This document shows positions 58,022 through 64,000 of a stretch of DNA of 64,000 bases, one piece after another. The DNA is from Candidatus Latescibacterota bacterium. GTDB lineage: Bacteria > Latescibacterota > UBA2968 > UBA8231. A model generated the notes under the pieces. That model ran no database searches. It was not told the origin of the DNA and saw nothing but the letters and a program-made list of their open reading frames with translations. Numbering within the stretch: position 1 is the first letter of the stretch; each line of letters begins with the position of its first letter. The DNA is taken from NCBI GenBank assembly GCA_965248265.1, contig CBDFJF010000001.1:288001-352000 (forward strand), in the 5' to 3' direction. Made by a program: the position numbers and the translations under genes.

Positions 58022-59815
58022 TCACCGTCGATCGAGCGCATTCCGAATCCCGTCGCGCAGCTCCTGAAAAGCGACCGGCTTAACGATGACGGCCTCCACA
58101 CGGTCGATGAGCTCCGGGTCCGGTTCATGGCCCGTGAGCAGGACAATCGAAACCTTGTCGTCTCGTCTTCGGAGTTCTTCGAGGACCTCCTCTCCCGACA
58201 TCCTGGGCATCGACAAATCGAGCAGGACCAGATCGATGACGCCCCGTTCGCTGTCGAAGGTGCTGAGGCCCTCCTGTCCGTCAGCGCTCTCAAGCACGGT
58301 GTACCCGGCCCGCTCCAACATCAAGGCGATCGTCCTGCGGACGGTAGTCTCGTCCTCCACCAGCAGAATCGTCTCTGTGTTGCTGGATACGGTGCGCCGA
58401 GGAGTTTCCTGGTTTTGAACGGCGGGCACGGCCGGGGGCGAAACCGGCAGATATACGGTGAAGGTGCTGCCCTCCCCAGGCTTGCTCTCGCAGTCGATCC
58501 AGCCCCCATGCTGCTCGACAATGCCATAAGCCGTCGACAGACCAAGTCCAGTGCCCTTACCGACCTCTTTGGTGGTGAAGAACGGCTCAAATGCCCGGCG
58601 CTGGGTCTCGTCGTCCATCCCGACGCCCTGGTCCGAGATCCGCGCGCGGATGAATTCGCCATTGCGCTCTCGGTTACCGGCATCGCCGTCGCTCGGCAAC
58701 GTCTGGACATCGACTTCGATTCCCATGGAAGGAGAAGGATGCCGACTCTCGGCGATGGCGTCCCGGGCATTGAGGCACAGGTTCAGGACCACCTGCTCGA
58801 TCTGCTCCGGATGGCCACAGACCGGCAGCAATGAACCCGTCTCTAAACGGATGGTGATTTTGGGATCGAACGTCGAGATACAGACTCGGTAGACGCCCTC
58901 GACTACGCTCGCGAAGTCGAAGACGACCCTGCCCTCGTCGACGGGTTTGCGTGTCAGGACCAGCAACTGCTTGACGATCGCCGCACCTCTAAGACTCATG
59001 TCCAGGGCGTCACCCAGGTAGCGCTGTGTGTCTGCGGGAGATCCGGAGGCAGCCAATTCGAGGCTGCCGTGAATTCCCTGAAGCAGGTTGTTGAAGTTGT
59101 GCGCCACGCCGGCGCCGAGTTGGCCAATCGCCTCCATCTTCTGCGACTGTCGAAGTCGCTCTTCCAGGCGCTTGCTGGTAGTGATGTCGATGACGATGAC
59201 TTCAACGGCGCTGACCTCGCCATCCGCATCGAACACGGGAAAGCAGGAGCCGGTAGCCCACTTGACCTCCCCACTCTTGTGGATCAAACGGAATCCCTGG
59301 TTCGTCGTGGTTTCACCCCGCGCCGCGTTCCTGAATGCACTCAGGCCGCCGCGGTGATCTTCTCCCCGCGTGAGGCGCCAACCAATCCGGCTGTCCGAGT
59401 AGAATTCCTCCGGGGTGTATCCAGTCAGTTCCTGCATCTTCGGACTGACGTAAACGTAGCGGCCGGACAGGTCCATCAACATCACGCCCAGACTGGGCAT
59501 TTCGACCAGATTCCGGTAGCGTGCCTCCGAGGCCTCGAGCCTTCCAAGGTCAAGCAATCGTTGCCGCGTCTCTTCATTGAGCTCTCGCCAGCGGCGAAAG
59601 CTGAACACGCCAAGGGCAATCGCAAGCACAACGAGACCAGTCACAAGCTCCTCGAGCGGCCAACGGTTCTGCGTTTGAGTCAGTGACGCCAGGCCGTCGA
59701 AGAGGTCGAAGTAGGAAACCAGGCAGAAGGCAGCGGCACAGCCCAACAGAGTGAGCACGAGATCCTTCTTCGCGCTCGAAGCGAAGTTCGCGAAACTAGC
59801 GTGGCGCTCGCTCAC
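58022..59815 (-). CDS. Membrane PAS-domain hybrid sensor histidine kinase (HisKA-HATPase-REC)
   Basis: Two TM helices, PAS, QSQKMEAIG...AHNFNNLL, NARDA, DQGVGM, EPFFTTK, GTGLGL, DLSMP. Confidence 0.93.
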   Translation of the reverse strand: MSERHASFANFASSAKKDLVLTLLGCAAAFCLVSYFDLFDGLASLTQTQNRWPLEELVTGLVVLAIALGVFSFRRWRELNEETRQRLLDLGRLEASEARYRNLVEMPSLGVMLMDLSGRYVYVSPKMQELTGYTPEEFYSDSRIGWRLTRGEDHRGGLSAFRNAARGETTTNQGFRLIHKSGEVKWATGSCFPVFDADGEVSAVEVIVIDITTSKRLEERLRQSQKMEAIGQLGAGVAHNFNNLLQGIHGSLELAASGSPADTQRYLGDALDMSLRGAAIVKQLLVLTRKPVDEGRVVFDFASVVEGVYRVCISTFDPKITIRLETGSLLPVCGHPEQIEQVVLNLCLNARDAIAESRHPSPSMGIEVDVQTLPSDGDAGNRERNGEFIRARISDQGVGMDDETQRRAFEPFFTTKEVGKGTGLGLSTAYGIVEQHGGWIDCESKPGEGSTFTVYLPVSPPAVPAVQNQETPRRTVSSNTETILLVEDETTVRRTIALMLERAGYTVLESADGQEGLSTFDSERGVIDLVLLDLSMPRMSGEEVLEELRRRDDKVSIVLLTGHEPDPELIDRVEAVIVKPVAFQELRDGIRNALDRR

Positions 59816-59926
59816 GGCAGCTGGGTAGTCCGGTTAGCGGGTGGTGAGGGGAAGGCGATGGCTGAGCTAATTTACCAAAGGCCGGGACTTCGCCAAACTT
59901 GCCGAATCGAAAAGGAGGCTCGGAGG

Positions 59927-60953
59927 ATGGCGAAGTTGCGAATGGGGGTGGTCGGTCTTGGTATGGGGAGAGGCCACGCGCAGGGATATCTGGAACATGA
60001 CGACGTAGATGAAGTTGTGTTGTGTGATGTCGATGTGTCGAGACTGCAGACTGTCGGGGATGAACTCGGCGTGAGTGAGCGCTACGGCGACCCCACGACC
60101 ATGTTCCGGACGGCAGGCTTGGATGGTGTCAGTATCGCAGTACCCAACGTCCTGCACGCGCCGTTGACGATTGACGCCCTGAAGCAGGGACTGCACGTGT
60201 TGTGTGAAAAGCCGATGGCGACGACGGTGGCCGAGGCCCGCAGGATGACGCTGCGGCGGCCAAGGCTGAGCGCAATCTGATGATCAACTACTCGCAGCGG
60301 TTCACGGATGCCTCAATGGCGGCCAAGGAGCAGGTCGACGCTGGTGCTCTGGGCCCCGTCTACTTTGGGCGCACGGTCTGGCATCGGCGCCAAGGGGTAC
60401 CCGTGTTCGGTGGCTGGTTCGGCCTTCAGGCGATGTCAGGCGGGGGACCGCTGATGGACCTGGGCGTACACCGCCTCGACCTCGCCCTCTGGTTGATGGG
60501 GTACCCCGAACCCGTCGCGGTCAGCGGATCCACCTACGATGTGATTGTCCCGCCCCTGGCCCGGAAGCAGAGGAGGAAGTTCGACGTCGAAGACCTGGCA
60601 TGCGGTTTGATCAAGTTCGACGACGGCGAGACGCTTATTCTGGAAGCCAGTTGGGCGGTAAATCTTCCCGGCGATGACTACATGATCACGTCGCTCTCTG
60701 GTGCCAGGGGAGGCCTCGTGCACCGCTACGGGGCGGAGATTTATTCCGAGGAAAACGGCAGCCAGTTCACGAAAAGGCTCGATCACCGCGGCACGCCAAC
60801 ACCCTCGCCCTTCGCAGAGTTCGTAGACAGCATCGTTCAGGGGCGCCCGCCGTCGGCCACCGGAGAGGAGGGCCTGAAGGTGGTTAGATCCTGGAAGGCA
60901 TTTACCGCAGCGACCGAAGCGGACGGGAGGTGCGGTACCAACCCGGTCGTTGA
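59927..60953 (+). pseudogene. Gfo/Idh/MocA oxidoreductase with two apparent single-base frameshifts (pseudogene or sequencing error)
   Basis: GVVGLGMG...HVLCEKP in one frame, GGGPLMDLGVH in the next, and ILEGIYRS...REV in a third; shifts near 60247 and 60886; TGA at 60951-60953. Confidence 0.8.
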
Positions 60954-61226
60954 AACACCCTGTCAGATTGATCAGTCACCCATCCATACCTATTTTTGGA
61001 TGCCAACTACAGGTTGCTTGCAATGTTACCTGCAGTATCGCACAGTCGGCTCAGGTGTCGTCCTTACCCACCAGCCGCACCGTGTTCCTGTTCACGTAGG
61101 CCGCGTCCGCGTCTCGAGCCGCGCCGTAGGCATCCGCGCGCGTTTCAACTCGTGCTTCCAGTCTGCCTAGATCGGGCCACGATCCAATCCATCCATCCGG
61201 TTTGATCCGGATCTCTGGAGGCGTCC

Positions 61227-61898
61227 ATGTCTGTCCCCCGAATAACGCTGGTTGCTGTTGCTCTACTGTCGCTGGCCTGTGCCGAGGCCGAGGCTCCTGA
61301 AGTCACCGTGGAAACGGAAGATCAAAAACTGATGCACGCCGTCGGCATGGGTGTGGCCATGCAGTTTGATTTCGGTGGTCTGTTTACCGAAGAGGAACTG
61401 GTCTTCATCAAACAGGGGCTCAGCGACGTAGTGTTGCAGCGACCCACCGCCATTTCGGTGGACGACAACTTCATGCAGAGCATGAACCAGCTGGTGATGG
61501 AGCGGCGGTCCGCCGCCAATCTGGAGTCAGGCGCAGACTTCCTGGCGCAGGCGGCCTCAAAGGAAGGTGCGGTGCAAACCGCATCCGGGTTAGTGTACGT
61601 TGAGCTCGAAGCCGGGGCCGGGGCCCACCCCGGGGAAACGGATTCGGTCACCGTCCACTACGAGGGAAGCTTCACCGACGGCCGCGTTTTCGACAGCTCT
61701 CTCAAACGCGGAGAGCCCACGACCTTTATGTTGGGACAGGTAATTCCGGGATGGATCGAGGGGCTGCAGCTGATGAAGCCAGGAGGCAAGGCGAGGTTGG
61801 TAATACCAGGAGAGTTGGCCTACGGACCCAAGGGCTACAGCAACATCCCACCCAATGCCACCCTGATCTTCGAAGTCTCGCTGTTGAGTATTCAGTAG
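61227..61898 (+). CDS. FKBP-type peptidyl-prolyl isomerase (FkpA/Mip-like), probable lipoprotein
   Basis: LSLAC lipobox, TASGL, VHYEG, FDSS, VIPGWIEGL, IPPNATLIFEV. Confidence 0.95.
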   Translation: MSVPRITLVAVALLSLACAEAEAPEVTVETEDQKLMHAVGMGVAMQFDFGGLFTEEELVFIKQGLSDVVLQRPTAISVDDNFMQSMNQLVMERRSAANLESGADFLAQAASKEGAVQTASGLVYVELEAGAGAHPGETDSVTVHYEGSFTDGRVFDSSLKRGEPTTFMLGQVIPGWIEGLQLMKPGGKARLVIPGELAYGPKGYSNIPPNATLIFEVSLLSIQ

Positions 61899-62281
61899 GA
61901 AGGGGTCTCGGCGGTGTCGCTTTCGTGCTCTTCGCCAAGTAGCAGCTGTATGTTGGAGACCAGCTGTGACACCTTGATCGGTTTTTCCAACACCCGTGTT
62001 GCGCCGATAGCGATGAGGTGCTCGACGTCTTTGTCGTCGAGGTAGCCCGTCAACACGATTATCGGGATGGTGATTCCTTGGCTACGGACGATTTCAATCG
62101 CCCGCTCCCCGGAAGTTTCCATCACCAAATCGGTGATTATCAGGTCGATGGTAGTCAGGTCGACTTCGGCCAGGGCAGGCGTGGGATCGTCGAAGGCGAG
62201 GATTTCATAACCCTGCCGTTGCAGCAACTCGGTCAGCATATCCCGGAAGCCGGCTGAATCTTCGATGACGAGCAATCGCAT
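61892..62281 (-). CDS. Single-domain response regulator (REC)
   Basis: LLVIEDS, ITDLVM, PIIVLTG, LEKP. Confidence 0.88.
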   Translation of the reverse strand: MRLLVIEDSAGFRDMLTELLQRQGYEILAFDDPTPALAEVDLTTIDLIITDLVMETSGERAIEIVRSQGITIPIIVLTGYLDDKDVEHLIAIGATRVLEKPIKVSQLVSNIQLLLGEEHESDTAETPSY

Positions 62282-62425
62282 AGTCTTTGTCGGTTTCGCG
62301 ACACGGTGTAATCAGATATTGAGGTTCAACATAGTACGGTCTAAGAGCCCTCAAGGCCAGACTTTTTCAAAATATCTGCCTGCTTGATCGGGATAGAGTT
62401 TCCAACAAAGGTTCAGAGCCTGTTG

Positions 62426-64000
62426 ATGCGGATTACTGTTCTTTGCGCGATTCTTACAGGGTTTGTGCATAACCCAGCACTCCTGAGGGCGGAGGAATTC
62501 ATCTCCGTCGACGAGGTCAGGCGTGGAATGCAGGGTCATGGACTGACGGTTTTCGCGGGCACCGAGATCGATACCTTTCGGTTTGAGGTTTTAGGTGTAG
62601 CCAGAGGAAGCAGTCCGCAGCGGGATATCGTGTGGGGATTGATGGACGGGGGGCCGTTGGCGGAGTCAGGAGCTGTAGCCGGCATGAGCGGCAGTCCGGT
62701 GTACTTAGAGGGAGGTAGGCTGCTGGGAGCAATGGCCTACGGTTTTTTTGCCGCCAAGAAACCCTACGCCGGAATCACTCCTATTGGGCAAATGCTGCAG
62801 GTGTTGGATCAGGCTGGTGACGGTGGTGCCTCCGATGCCGGAATCGGGATGACGGGTAAGGCCGGCCCGGTTGACGACGCGGACGCGGTCGGCAGCCTGG
62901 AGTGGATGCGTGATGTGCTCTCACTTGCCAAGCCGCCTCCCAGTGTCAGCGTTTCGGAGGCAGGAATCCGACTGGAGCCCCTGGCCACGCCGCTGATGGT
63001 TTCCGGCGTGGGTTCCGAGGCCTTCGCATTGATGAGCCCGGTGCTGAGCGAGATGGGTTACATGCCGCTGGAAGCGGGCGGCACGTCGATGGGACCGGCA
63101 GAATCGCCACGGCTTGAACCCGGCGCCATGGTCGGTGTCCAACTCATTCGCGGGGACTGGAACATCCATTCCTACGGCACGGTGACTCATCGTGACGGGG
63201 ATCGCCTGGTGGCTTTCGGGCATCCCATGTTCTGGAGCGGCCAGACCGAGTGGCCGATGATCACCGTCGACGTCCATTTCATCGTCGCCAACCTGTTGCG
63301 CTCATTCAAATTCGGCTCAGCAATCAAGGCCGTCGGGACGGTAACGCAGGACAGGGCGTCGGCGATCGCCGGCATCGTCGGTACCCCGCCACCCATGCTG
63401 GCCGTAACCATCGATGTTGACGGGCGCGAGTCGCGCAGCTTTCGTTTCGAAGTGGTCCGCGACAAGGTTTGGACTTCCGTCGCCACCCTGTTCACCGTCA
63501 TCGGCAGTATTTCCTCGGCGGGAAAGCTGTCGGGTGATCATGCGGTCGGTCTCAAGGCGCGAATCGATGTGGCCGGGGGACAGCACGTGGCGGAGCAGAA
63601 TCTCTTCAGTGGCCCATCGGCTCCTTTTCAAGCCGCCGCCGCCGTCAGCCGGATCGTCGGCGTACTGCTCGACAACCGTTTCGAGCGCCCTCGACTCGAC
63701 AAGATCAACATTCAACTGGTGCTGGAGGAGCGCAATCGGGAGGCCGTGATCGAAGGTGTGAGACTGTCCAGGGGTGCGGTCAGGCCTGGTGCTCTGATTG
63801 ACGTCGCCGTACTCGTTCGCCCGGTGCACGGAGATCTCAAACGCCATACCGTCACTCTCGAGATTCCCGAGTCGACGCCGGAAGGTCACCTCGACTTGCG
63901 GGTCACCGACGCGCGCACCGCGCGGTTGTTGAAGCACAAAAGGGCACCGGGGTCGGGTAGGCCCCGTACCATGGCGCAACTGTTGGAGGTGCTTGAAACG
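62426..64000 (+). CDS. Secreted SpoIVB-like peptidase S55 domain protein (runs off window end)
   Basis: Absent from the ORF track. Manual translation from ATG 62426: MRITVLCAILTG...EVRRGMQGHGLTVF...FEVLG...AGMSGSPVY...ITPIGQM...GTVT...AFGHP, with no stop before 64000. Confidence 0.88.
   Translation, partial: MRITVLCAILTGFVHNPALLRAEEFISVDEVRRGMQGHGLTVFAGTEIDTFRFEVLGVARGSSPQRDIVWGLMDGGPLAESGAVAGMSGSPVYLEGGRLLGAMAYGFFAAKKPYAGITPIGQMLQVLDQAGDGGASDAGIGMTGKAGPVDDADAVGSLEWMRDVLSLAKPPPSVSVSEAGIRLEPLATPLMVSGVGSEAFALMSPVLSEMGYMPLEAGGTSMGPAESPRLEPGAMVGVQLIRGDWNIHSYGTVTHRDGDRLVAFGHPMFWSGQTEWPMITVDVHFIVANLLRSFKFGSAIKAVGTVTQDRASAIAGIVGTPPPMLAVTIDVDGRESRSFRFEVVRDKVWTSVATLFTVIGSISSAGKLSGDHAVGLKARIDVAGGQHVAEQNLFSGPSAPFQAAAAVSRIVGVLLDNRFERPRLDKINIQLVLEERNREAVIEGVRLSRGAVRPGALIDVAVLVRPVHGDLKRHTVTLEIPESTPEGHLDLRVTDARTARLLKHKRAPGSGRPRTMAQLLEVLET

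Noticed and set aside
60954-61226. Intergenic stretch with ATCC micro-repeats as an ncRNA or tRNA
   Set aside because: No cloverleaf or recognisable RNA family motif; the repeats are too short to be significant.
62921-63979. Minus-strand ORFs at the window end
   Set aside because: They are shadows of the uninterrupted plus-strand S55 peptidase frame.
1-64000. Mobile elements, prophage or anti-phage defence systems
   Set aside because: No integrase, transposase, reverse transcriptase, nuclease or phage structural motifs were recognised in any ORF.

Overview
GC-rich bacterial chromosomal window of about 45 genes, with no recognisable rRNA, tRNA, CRISPR array, transposase or phage genes. The gene content suggests, by inference only, an FCB-group bacterium such as Latescibacterota: futalosine menaquinone genes, a DGGGP-synthase-like UbiA, several secreted proteins ending in an (N)YPNPFN FlgD/T9SS-like tail, and cohesin/dockerin modules. 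Housekeeping genes (ppk1, mqnB, mqnD, hisS, HU/IHF, clpP, mutM, hflX, lon, glnD, purA, FKBP) surround two accessory cell-surface loci. (1) 20.9-37.7 kb: back-to-back sigma-54-type promoters lie between a 1021-aa cohesin plus cadherin-like repeat protein and two paralogous ~1900-aa acidic secreted proteins. The giants read as Asp-box propeller region, Ig-like repeats, cohesin, dockerin, second cohesin and C-terminal sorting domain, and are followed by two paralogous OmpA-domain proteins. This looks like a non-cellulosomal cohesin-dockerin surface assembly and is the best candidate for an undescribed system. (2) 52.4-55.4 kb: an exosortase-H-like enzyme, a partner membrane protein, and a target made of eight 42-aa repeats with a variant IPTL-CTERM signal (IPFQSKW). 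Also notable are a membrane/Cys-motif/rhodanese fusion operon, a triple-DUF5069 protein, and a doubly frameshifted Gfo/Idh/MocA gene. Two genes cut by the window edges (ppk1 and a SpoIVB/S55 peptidase) are missing from the ORF track. All family assignments are from motif recognition by eye; no database search was run.
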